Source of the DNA: Saccostrea cucullata
Lineage: Eukaryota
Length of the DNA: 64,000 nt
Assembly (NCBI RefSeq): GCF_032062105.1
Contig: NW_026930368.1
Location: 248,001 to 312,000, forward strand
Direction: 5' to 3'
Positions within the stretch are counted from its first letter, which is position 1, and every line of letters begins with the position of its first letter. The translations under genes and the position numbers were made by a program. Positions 1-9,845 of the stretch are shown here, one piece after another. The notes below the pieces were generated by a model that was not told where the DNA came from, ran no database searches, and was given only the letters and a program-made list of their open reading frames with translations.

Positions 1-1
1 G

Positions 2-817
2 TCCAGTTGAACACGCGGGGTCGTATAAAGTCAAGTCCTCCTTCCCAAGCGATTTAAGGAATTGCACGGAGTATTCTCGGAGGAAAACCTCCCCCTCTCC
101 AAGCTGAAGAGCAAGAGTCTCGTCGATTTCCCATCCTTCATCCGGGCAATGAATCTCCTCCTTGTAAGCCGTCTGTAGGACGGGGTAGGGGAATATAATC
201 TCCATGTGTTTAATGCGGTTCTGAACAATGTCGTGCATGATGTATTTTTTCTCGCCTGGTGTGAGCTCCTTGTAGTACACCACGAAGCCGTCGTCTTGTA
301 CGCGCTGATCAAACATTAGGCCGAGGATCATACTGGCTCTGATGTGACTACAGTGCAGCTCGCGGATTTTGCTAGCAATCCATTGATGCGACAAAATACG
401 CCGTCCTACTAGGGCACGCAACATTCCATTATGTTGCTGCCAACTCTTCAGCAGGAAAACGCTCTGAGGTAGTTCGTCCCATTTCTCAAAATAAATTTTG
501 GGAGGTCTCTGGCTAATTGCGTCCCAGTCAATTCCGTCAGAGGCCTTGACGTCATCGCTAATGTGACGCTCCTCATACGTCTCAACTTCTTTTAGAATCA
601 GCTCTATATTTCTCTTATCGTGTTTGTCCGTTGTGTCTTTGATTAACTCCTTGAATTTAGTCTTTGATTCTTCCCACTTTCCGTCAGTGATCAGTTTCTG
701 AGCTGCATAAAGTCTCTTACGAGTTTCGGGGTTGTTGACGTCACGGAATATCCCGTCAAAATCAAACGTGCTGTGTCCCTCTGTCGCGGTGGGCAGGCTT
801 CCTTCTTTAGCACTCAT
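2..817 (-). CDS. Isonocardicin synthase (Nat)-like SAM-dependent 3-amino-3-carboxypropyltransferase / class I SAM-dependent transferase; 3' end lies beyond the window start
   Basis: Hand translation from ATG at 817 gives 272 stop-free codons: MSAKEGSLPTATEGHSTFDFDG...MLRALVGRRILSHQWIASKIRELHCSHIRASMILGLMFDQ...IFPYPVLQTAYKEEIHCPDEGWEIDETLALQLGEGEVFLREYSVQFLKSLGKEDLTLYDPACSTG. The final YDPACSTG is a SAM-binding motif I. RRILS..IAS, HCPDEGW.. and YDPACSTG match Nocardia Nat as I recall it. No introns; visibly more GC-rich than the flanks. Confidence 0.8.
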   Translation of the reverse strand, partial: MSAKEGSLPTATEGHSTFDFDGIFRDVNNPETRKRLYAAQKLITDGKWEESKTKFKELIKDTTDKHDKRNIELILKEVETYEERHISDDVKASDGIDWDAISQRPPKIYFEKWDELPQSVFLLKSWQQHNGMLRALVGRRILSHQWIASKIRELHCSHIRASMILGLMFDQRVQDDGFVVYYKELTPGEKKYIMHDIVQNRIKHMEIIFPYPVLQTAYKEEIHCPDEGWEIDETLALQLGEGEVFLREYSVQFLKSLGKEDLTLYDPACSTG

Positions 818-1564
818 TGTTGGTTGTGATTTTGTAGGATACTGAGGCAACACAAAGTGTGGACTTGAGCAGCATTGACTGTATGTAGGAAAAGGCGTCC
901 TAACACGCAAAATAGGGAACGTCCTATATTCCACTGATAAAACTAAGTTTAAAAACCGTTTGATAACAGTATCTAAGACAAGGCGTGTGGTCTTTATCGA
1001 TGTTTACTAGTATGTTGTTGAAATCTATTCATAAATCATTAAAAAAAATTGTTGATTGTTTTGGAGAGATAAAAAAAAAAAAAACTGTCCTTTTTGACAG
1101 ATTTTATGTTATAAAATAAACTCTGGAATTTGAATACTTGATTGCAGAGTTTCTTTGATAAAATAAAATCTATCAGAAAGGACAAAACTAAAATGAGGTA
1201 TGAATTCAGTCAGTAAGAAATGCGAAAAAAAACCCAATGTCATATAAAGCTTAGTGTGACGAGTACACTTTCTCAAATGTATCAAACTTTATTTTTAAAG
1301 TGCAGGAAAAAAACCTCATTTTCATTACAAAACCGTACTATACCTCATGTTTACATGATAGCGATGTTAGGGACATACATATTTTTAGTTCATCGTTCCG
1401 AAAATAATCTGGTTAACAATTTCTTGGATTTTCTTAAAATCGGTAACTATGGAAAATAATGATTTTTACTTGCTTATTGAGATGGCAACGGTTTCACTTC
1501 ATTGGGAAATTAGAAAAAAAACCCTTTTCACCCATTTTTTCTTCAAATTTTCTATAACAAAAAT

Positions 1565-1980
1565 AAACAAGAGGCTCATGGGCCACATCGCTCACCTTAA
1601 AACTTTGGTCATGCTGTTCTTTAACAATCCCCCCTGTAGTTTTACTAATAACAATTGTGACCACGCCCTATCTCCAGGGGTTATGATTTAATCAATTTAG
1701 AGTCTACTCTACCCCAAGATGCTTTCACATAAGTTTCAGCTTTTCTGGCCCAATGGTTCTTGAGAAGTAGATTTTTCTATATATATATATTTCAATGTAA
1801 AACTTTGATTAACCATTATGGCCCGCTCTACCCCCGGGAGTCATGATTTGAACAATTTAGAATGTTCAATACCCCAGGATGCTTCCACAAGTTTCAGCTT
1901 TTTTGGTCCAGTGGTCATTGAGAAGATTTTTTAATGACCCCACCCTATTTTGTATTTTTTTGATTGTCTCCCATTACCCC
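1565..1980 (+). mobile_element. Helentron-associated non-autonomous element fragment with ~166-bp oyster satellite-like monomers
   Basis: Starts AAACAAGAGGCTCATGGGCCACATCGCTCACC, the reverse complement of the terminus at ~38555-38590. Degenerate monomers follow (GATGCTTCCACA...GTTTCAGCTTTTCTGGCCC...GAGAAGATTTT). Confidence 0.65.
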
Positions 1981-2440
1981 CCCCCCCCCCCGCCCCCACA
2001 ATGTGTTTAAAATTGCTTTATGAGGTTGAAAAAACTAAAATTAGATTTAACCCCACAAATCTTCACGGACATTTTTGGACACTACGCCTGCGCTCTGAAT
2101 TAGCGTGGGATGCGCCATGTTGCTTAGGTTAGACGGAGCACACCTTTAAGCAAATGCAGTAAGTCTTCTATTTTGTAACTCTGGAATGAAATCAGAGAAA
2201 GTATTTTAGCTAACATGAAACCTTTTAGATATTGTGCAGTTGTAGAATTTATTGAAAGTAAACAAAATCTGTGGTTCGACACTTTTTAACTGTTTAACAT
2301 GTTTGACCACGTGTTTAAAAAATTGATGTTGAGTTCAGTACTTTTTATTAGCGGCTGCGTTCAATGCATTTTTGCAGCATGTTCATAAATTGTCCAAACA
2401 GGCCCAGAGTTTCTGAAAACCTACCGGCAAAAGCGATAGA

Positions 2441-2738
2441 TTGATTGATTGTATATTGTTTAAGGTCCCTCTCGAGAATTTTTCACTCATGGAGACGCCA
2501 CCACTTGCCGGTGGAGGGCTACAAATTTTGTCCTATGCTCGGCACTTAGGGCCTTTGAGCAGTGAGGAATCTTTTCCGTGCCAGCACCTACTGCGACACG
2601 GGGCCTCGGTTTATACGGTCTCATCCGAAGGACCGGTCTCCAAGTCCCACAGTGGGATTCGAACCCGCGACGTAAGGATTGAATCCTTACTTCGCGACTC
2701 TAGAGCAGACGCTCTAACCACTGCGCCACGCGGGCGAC
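2441..2738 (-). mobile_element. Full-length tRNA-derived SINE
   Basis: Minus-strand head with A box TGGCGCAGTGG and B box GGTTCGAATCC; (AATC)n tail; perfect 13-bp target-site duplication CAAAAGCGATAGA at 2428-2440 and 2739-2751. Partial copies at ~53700-53840 and ~63890-64000. Confidence 0.9.
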
Positions 2739-3229
2739 CAAAAGCGATAGAAAATCGAAATGTCCGATAAAATTCACTACAGTACCGGTCCATGTGACCG
2801 ATTGTGGTGAGGGCTTGTCCTGATTAATTTATTATATCTGATCTATTGCAATGTCTTAATAAATGAATATTTTCAATGCAAAATGCTTCTATTTTTCGTA
2901 AATATCTATAGTCTTATAATTATAGACCTATTTGATGGCGCCTATTTATGAAAAGTGTTCAGCTTAAACAATTAAGATCATATATAATTTGCATATTAAA
3001 TGATTTACTATGCACAGAACATTAGTCAATGCAAATAATACAAAACTCATTTTCAACAATACAACGAATCCTATTCATTAATCAAGAATAAAAAAAATGG
3101 ACTAAGGTTTTTATCATTTTCATTAACCACCTATGCAATGATACAACTCTGAACTGTTCATATAAATGGTAGATTTCATCTTGTTGACTTGTTTACACCT
3201 CTCCAAAACCTTTCCATACTAACTAATTA

Positions 3230-4620
3230 CAAATTAATTAAATTTTTTTTTACGCTTTTTAACAAGGATTCCCGAAACTTTTTTTTGATGTTGTCTCTAG
3301 GTCTTTTGTGAATTAAACCATTTTCCCTTTCGCTTATTTTCATCTCTTCTATTTTTTTTTTTTTTGCCCAGGACATCTGTCCTCTGTAAAACACCTGCTG
3401 AATAAAGACAGCAATTCTTTTTCCTCCTCCTTGGACCACCTCTGTCTGAATTCTTTTTCTTTGGTGCTGAATGTGCACAAAAGGATAAATTACCGTTATA
3501 AATAAACAAGTTCAGCCTATCCAAACATTACCTTACAAATATGACGTTCAACTAAATACTGTGAAATCACATATTTTCGTGAGGTCAAATTTTCGTGGTT
3601 GAAGGAAAAATGTTGGTCAGTGGGTATTTGATTTCGTGGATGAAGAACCTGTCTCTTCATACCTCGAAAACAACGAAAATTAACCCCCCAAGAGAATTAG
3701 CGATTTCACAGTAACAAATTTGTAAACGTTTAACATCAACTTATTTTTGCAATCAAACCTATGTTGCTAACATTAATCAATTACATTGTGCAAGAGAAGT
3801 TATTTGATTATGTGCATGTAGAAAATTTATGTTTTTCTCTACTTGAACTGAATAAAATAAATTTAGATCCCATGCAAAATTCCAACTTTGTTTAAATGTT
3901 ACCTTTTTTAGATCAACTTTCTGAATCTGATTCTTCTTCGTCCTCTGAAAAGAACTCTAGTTCTGGAATCTCCATCTCATTCTCTGGAGAAGGCAATGAC
4001 AAGGACAAGGGTGGATCTGGTGGAAAGGTGGCCTTTGCAATTTCAACTCCTACTATATCTGGAAAAAAGAAATATGTACAATATATTACTAGTATTTTTC
4101 AAAATGAAAATGCTGATTTTTTTTTTCAAAGGTTATGTTTTTAATTCATTGTGTGATAATATTGCTATTTTAATTCTGTAGGCACTTATCACATGTACTT
4201 ACCATTAATCTGAATGTCTTTCAACTGTTTTCCCTTGAACCTGTGTACTATGTTTAAATCTTGAATCAGAAGTAGTTTTGCAACTTCCACTAGCTCCAAA
4301 ATATCAGATGTCTGACGGTAATGTTGCTTGTGGATGTTCATGGTGTGGCCTAGATGGTCAACGATCCACTGTCGTTCATTTTCAGTGGTATCTAAACTCT
4401 ACAAAGAAATGTTAAAGCAAATGTTATTTGGTTTCATTTATAAAGTGTTTATAACCACATACCACAATTTGTTAGTTACTGATTTAAAATATATTGCAAT
4501 TTACCTGCAGCATGTTTGCCATGTACTTTCTCATATTGATTGTTTTGATGAGGTTTGGGTTGGATAAGCCAGCAAGTTCACTAATACTTCTGATGGAATC
4601 ATATGCACGGAAAACTCCAG
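3230..4620 (-). pseudogene. Decayed, intron-containing tyrosine-recombinase (Crypton-like) gene, 3' part
   Basis: Exons 4505-4620 and 4203-4398 have GT-AG junctions; ~3903-4059 and ~3230-3478 are less certain. Translation: GVFRAYDSIRSISELAGLSNPNLIKTINMRKYMANMLQ|SLDTTENERQWIVDHLGHTMNIHKQHYRQTSDILELVEVAKLL, carrying the R...LGH...HY catalytic pattern, then an acidic linker and RWSKEEEKELLSLFSRCF. Frameshifts and a stop are present. Confidence 0.7.
3559..3711. mobile_element. MITE with TA|CTGT...ACAG|TA termini (Tc1/mariner-type TSD)
   Basis: TACTGTGAAATC...GATTTCACAGTA; lies in an intron of the recombinase remnant. Relatives at ~5952-6160, 13555-13754, 18307-18518 and 31730-31930. Confidence 0.7.
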
Positions 4621-4947
4621 CTTATATCAAAAGAAAAAAAAAATGAAAAGAACAAACTTTTCTTGTACTACAGATGTTTACCATATGCAATAAACATTTA
4701 TTTACTGGAGACTTTATTTTTTTTTTTTTTAAATAACGATAGTTTATAAAAGTAATCAATTTTTTAATTTAAAAAAAAAATCAAATTTAAACTGCAAAAG
4801 CCTCAAAGAACTAAATCTCATTAGAGTTAATTTTGGCCCCTTAAAATTAATATCTAAATTTCACTTTATAATATATAGATCTTTGCAGGGTTTTACATAT
4901 GTTCTTTATTGGTAATTTTCAATTTGATGAAAATGCCATTAGTTTAA

Positions 4948-5705
4948 GGGGTCCCGACCCTCTGCTATCAAATTTCACTCAGAAAATTTAATATTTCTAA
5001 TGTTGATTTTCATGAACAACAATAACATTAGAGCCACATGGAAAATAGTGTGATGTAAGAAGCGCAGCTTATTTTTTTAGAAATGATTTTTATGTGAGAT
5101 CATGATATGAAGAAATTTCAACATAGAGAACAGAAACAGTAACGATTTATTATCATAACACTTAATTTGAAATATGAGGTGTATATGAAAATAATACTTA
5201 GTATAATAACTATTGAAATCATGTCAGAAAACATCATGAAGCGATGCTTCCTAAGTCAGAAAATTACAATGTTGTATGTGGTTGTAAGAAAAAATACATA
5301 TGTGAGGAGGAGTTATCTTTCTTCTAAAGATTTCTTCATGTGAAAAAAATGTCATACTTATAAAAATTTTGTATTAAAAATGTCATACTTATAAAAATTT
5401 TGTATTAAGTACTTGAAACATTAAACCATTATTAAAATGGTCTTTTAAAAAATACAACTTATTCAATTTAAAATGCTTTTGAAGTAGGATTTAAATGTTT
5501 TATTGTTAAATATAATAAAACAATTAGTAAGAGATTGGCAAAAGAAATAGAAAGTAATGTTTCCATTTCATGTTAGATTTCATCGAATTGACTACTCAGA
5601 GGTCTAAATTAGGAAACTCTGATTAAGAAATCTGTGAATAGTATTCATATTTTGTACTCTGACTGTCTCTGAGAGTTATCTGTCATATCAGAGGGTCGGC
5701 ACCCC
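4948..5705. mobile_element. Non-autonomous DNA transposon with TTAA TSD (Kolobok-like)
   Basis: TIR GGGGTCCCGACCCTCTG versus reverse complement GGGGTGCCGACCCTCTG (16/17 match); TTAA at 4944-4947 and 5706-5709; purine-purine start. Confidence 0.8.
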
Positions 5706-5951
5706 TTAAAATATGACATAAAGTTCACGTTTCCCGTCATTGAAGACACCTATATTGCTTTTTGGAGTCTTTTACTTAAAAAAAGGCGGATTTTTTTTAA
5801 ATAGAAAAATAATGTTCAATGTTATGATAAAGTTTTTCTTCTTGAATAAATTGATGATTGTCATATATACAGTTGAAAACAAGTAAAATTTGGAGGGAGT
5901 CGTAAACGAAACATGATTTTTTTTTTGATAGACCGTATAAAACTGTGTTTA

Positions 5952-6160
5952 CTGTACACCAATTTTTATTCGCGTGCGAGAAATATCTGCGAGTTCCGCG
6001 ACCTCATTTAACTCGCGAATATTAATCGCCGCGAACCATTCATTTTGCTAAGGATTTGTAGAGAATGTCTCCTTGGTCGCTGAAATTAATCGTCGCGTAC
6101 TGATTTTAGACTTACGGATCGCGAATAAAAGATGACGCGAATAATAGTTGGTTTACTAGT
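5952..6160. mobile_element. CTGT...ACAG-type MITE, CGCG-rich
   Basis: TACTGTACACCAA...TTGGTTTACTAGTA with internal inverted TTCGCG/CGCGAA motifs. Confidence 0.6.
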
Positions 6161-6811
6161 ATTCTTTCAAAGCTCTTTAGTTTAACCGAGCCAGGCTATA
6201 ATCAAAAAAGTTGATAATACAAGGATTTAATGAAGCATTTTGTATATTCACTGATTGGTATAATGACTTCTTTAGCAAACCTAACCTAACCTTTAACCTA
6301 ACATTGTTTCTGATTTACATGTATTTCAAACCAAATTAATGTTTATCTTTTGTTTGCGGTCGATATTGGGCGTTCACTCCTTCAAGGCACCTGACCCCAG
6401 CCTTGGAATTCCAGCGGTCCATGTTTTCAGCCAACTTCACATATTTGTATTGTTTATCAATATATTTGAGATCAATCACTGATCGTTGAATTTGTCTTTT
6501 ATAATAACATTTCACACAAAATTTGAAAAAAAATACAGTGAATTGATGATATTTGAATTTTGCCGGTAAGTTTATGTTACTTATAATGTGGCTCCCAGTA
6601 ATACTAGTAAATCAATAATGCACGCGAAGCACAGAAAACTTCGGAAAATGCACAGAAAAGTGGAATAGTCAATTAAGAATTGTTCATATATATAATAGTT
6701 CCTTTATGTTATCAATATATTTTTATTTTTGCTTGCGACATTACAGTATATTTCAAATCCGAGTTTTTAGAAGAAGGGATAGAGGGGTTTAATCAATCTG
6801 CTCTTTCTTTA

Positions 6812-9252
6812 CACAGGAGTTCGCGTACCTATCAATTATACCGAAATTTTTATTAAACAAGCTAATTCAGAGAATTTGTGTCCCCCGCTTAGGGAAAAAG
6901 TAAATAATGCAGAGTTCGGGGGAGGGGGGAGTCGGATCCCCCTGACTGAATTTGTAGAATAGTTAAATGTATAGATGTATACTGAAGCAAATAAAATATG
7001 GCAATATGGATATAAAGATTTGATTACTTATTCTTTATTATGTGTATAGAAGATTCTTTTTATATGGAATATTTAACACACTGTAATGATGATCTTATGA
7101 GTTTGTACAAGCCACACCTCATAAATTTTTCATTTCACATGCTGAATATTATTATTTAATTAAAAAAAGTATTTCGGGAAAAAAAAAGATAACGAATCGT
7201 CTGGGAATCGAATCCGGGACATCTCACATGTGAAGCGAGAGACATACCACTAGACCACGGGGCCGCTCTACAATGAGGCAAATGATATGCAATCATGAAG
7301 TCACATACATGTATATATTCATGTTCGGTATTATCAAAATTTTACACAATCCACGGTGTTTGTTTTATTTAGCCTTAATTAAACAGTTCTAATAGATGTA
7401 CTAAGAACATAACGTCCGCCGAGAACCTGTTTTATACGCAATAACTCTCCTCATGCCCCTGTGCTAAAAATAGCGACATGTAATACTATAAATACTGATA
7501 AAACAAACGGGGCGGTGCACTTTGAAAGGGGTGAGAGAGGTCCTAGGGAGTTTTGATAGAGAATTACATTGCATAAGCTCAAAATCTTCTTGAAATATCG
7601 CCCGGAAATGATAGTGTTACACACAGAGAGAATGTATAAATTTACGACCTTGAACTTTGACCTTTTGACCTCAAAATCAATAGGGGTCTTCATTAGGCTA
7701 CAGGGAGTTGTTATGTAAAATTTCATTGCAATAGCTCAAATGGTTCGTGAGATATCGTGTGGAAACGAAAGTGTTATAGCAGACAGAATTTGCTTATTTA
7801 TGACCTTGACCTTTGACCTTTTGACCTCAAAATCAATAGGGGTCTTCTATAGTCCATAGGGAGTTGCTATGCTAAATTTCATTGCAAAAGCTCAAAGGGT
7901 TCTGGAGATATCGTGTGGAAACGAAAGCGTTACAGACAGACAGAAAGACGGACGGACAGACGGATAAACCCAAATTAATATCCCCCACTTTTCAAGCGGA
8001 GGACAATAAAAACAAGCTAATTCAGAGAATTCGTGTCCCCCGCTTAGGGAAAAAGTCGGCTCCCCCAGACTGAATTTGTAGAATTATTAAATGTATACAT
8101 GTATACTGAAGGAAATAAAATACATGTATGTCAGTATGCATATAAAGATTTGATTGCTTATTCTTTATTATGTGTAATAGAAGATTTTTTTATATGGAAT
8201 ATTTATCACACTGTAATGATGATTTTATAACCTCATAAATTTTTCATTTCACATGCTGAATACTTTCATTTAGTAAAAAAAAAAAAGTATTTAAAAAAAA
8301 AAAAGAGAGAGAGGTTCGACCGTGATTTGATCCCGGGACCTCTCACATTTGAAGCGAGAGACATAACCACTAGACCACGGAGTCGCTTTACATGGAAAGA
8401 AGTATATGCAGAACTGACGTCACATACATGTATATATTCATGTTTTCATGTTCGGTATTCTAAAAATTTTACACAATCCATGGTGTTTGATTTATTTAGC
8501 CTTTATTAAACAGTTCTAATAGATGTAATAAGAACATAAAGTCCGCCGAGAACCTGTTTTATACGCAATAACTCTCCTCATGCCCCTGAGCTAAAAATAG
8601 CGACATGTAATACTATAAATACTAATAAAACAAACGGGGCGGGGCACTTTGAGAGGGGCTAGAGACGTCCTAGGGAGTTTTGGTATAAAATTACATTGCA
8701 TAAGCTCAAAATCTTCTTGAAATATCGCCCGGAAATGATAGTGTTACACACAGACAGAATGTATAAATTTACGACCTTGAACTTTGACCTTTTGACCTCA
8801 AAATCAATAGGGGTCTTCTTTAGGCCACAGGGAGTTGTTATGTAAAATTTCATTGCAATAGCTCAAATGGTTCTAGGGATATCGTGTGGAAACGAAAGTG
8901 TTTTAACAGACAGAATTTGCTTATTTATGACCTTGACCTTTGATCTTTTGACCTCAAAATCAATAGGGGTCTTCTTTAGTCCATAGGGAGTTGCTTTGCT
9001 AAATTTCATTGCAAAAGCTCAAAGGGTTCTCGAGATATCGTGTGGAAACGAAAGCGTTACAGACAGACAGAAAGACGGACGGACGGACGGACGGACGGAC
9101 GGACAAACCCAAATTAATATCCCCCACTTTTCAAGCGGGGGACAAAAAAAACGTAATGCGTATAATAATATAGTGTTATTATTATAGGTATTACGTATCT
9201 TTTTTATTTACCGAAAATTTCGGCAAAATTGATAGGTACGCGAACTCCTGTG
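6812..9252. mobile_element. TIR element (P/hAT-like) hosting two tandem Helentron-type inserts
   Basis: Perfect 26-bp TIR CACAGGAGTTCGCGTACCTATCAATT starting at 6812 and ending at 9252; flanks TTTCTTTA / GTTCTTTA (7/8 match, 8-bp TSD). Confidence 0.8.
6856..9144 (+). mobile_element. Two head-to-tail Helentron-associated (HINE/Pearl-like) elements, units 6856-8005 and 8011-9144
   Basis: Each unit starts AAACAAGCTAATTCAGAGAATT, has internal tandem monomers (TTTGACCTCAAAATCAATAGGGGTCTTC), a GACA/GACG microsatellite and a 3' hairpin-like TCCCCCACTTTTCAAGCGG.GGACAA. Confidence 0.8.
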
Positions 9253-9845
9253 GTTCTTTATGGACTACCTCACAGTCATTTGTGGCCTTGGTCAACTCGG
9301 TCAAACACCGATGAAATGATTGGATGAATACAGATAAGGGTCAAACTAGATCACGAGATCCCAAATGAAGCATGTTATTTATTTAGGGATTTCTATTAAT
9401 CTGAAAGTTATCAAGCGCACTTTAACAGTATGCAGGAAGTAGACAACTGGTTTGGAGCACGCGTAGTCTCCATATCCAGGAAAACCCACTTTTAATATAG
9501 TCACATGAAAGAAAAACACTTTTCAACAGACTTAGGATCATTCATGTATGTATGTGTTTACTTAAATACATTGAGATGTTATGAAAGTATCAATACATTA
9601 ACGATAACACATATCGTAATATAATTGAAATGTTTTAGAACTGATTTTATTGAGTAAGATTACCTTAATTCATATCCAGGAAGTCGTCAATACTAAATAG
9701 GCTAATTTTGTTTAGTTTCTCTCTTATGTAATCTTTTTTCTCTATAACAGTACTCGCTTCAAAATAAAACAATATTTTTATTTAATTGGAATTTAATTTA
9801 CTAGAATTTAATCATTTCAGGTGTCAAATACCAAAGCCATAAGAC

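Noticed and set aside
2-60. DPACSTG read as a type I restriction-modification DNA methyltransferase (HsdM DPACG.G)
   Set aside because: The upstream HCPDEGW and RRILS motifs fit Nat better and no R-M context is present. The C-terminus is outside the window, so it is not fully excluded.
31-312. 93-aa minus-strand ORF in the track
   Set aside because: Alternative frame overlapping the 272-codon ORF.
7195-7270. tRNA-Val-like gene (also ~8320-8385, and the SINE head at 2650-2738)
   Set aside because: Acceptor and T stems do not pair properly, and the sequences are embedded in repeats.
9470-9530. kB-like GGAAAACCC and IRF-like GAAAGAAAA upstream of cGLR copy 1
   Set aside because: Short, imperfect matches in AT-rich DNA, not evident upstream of copy 3.
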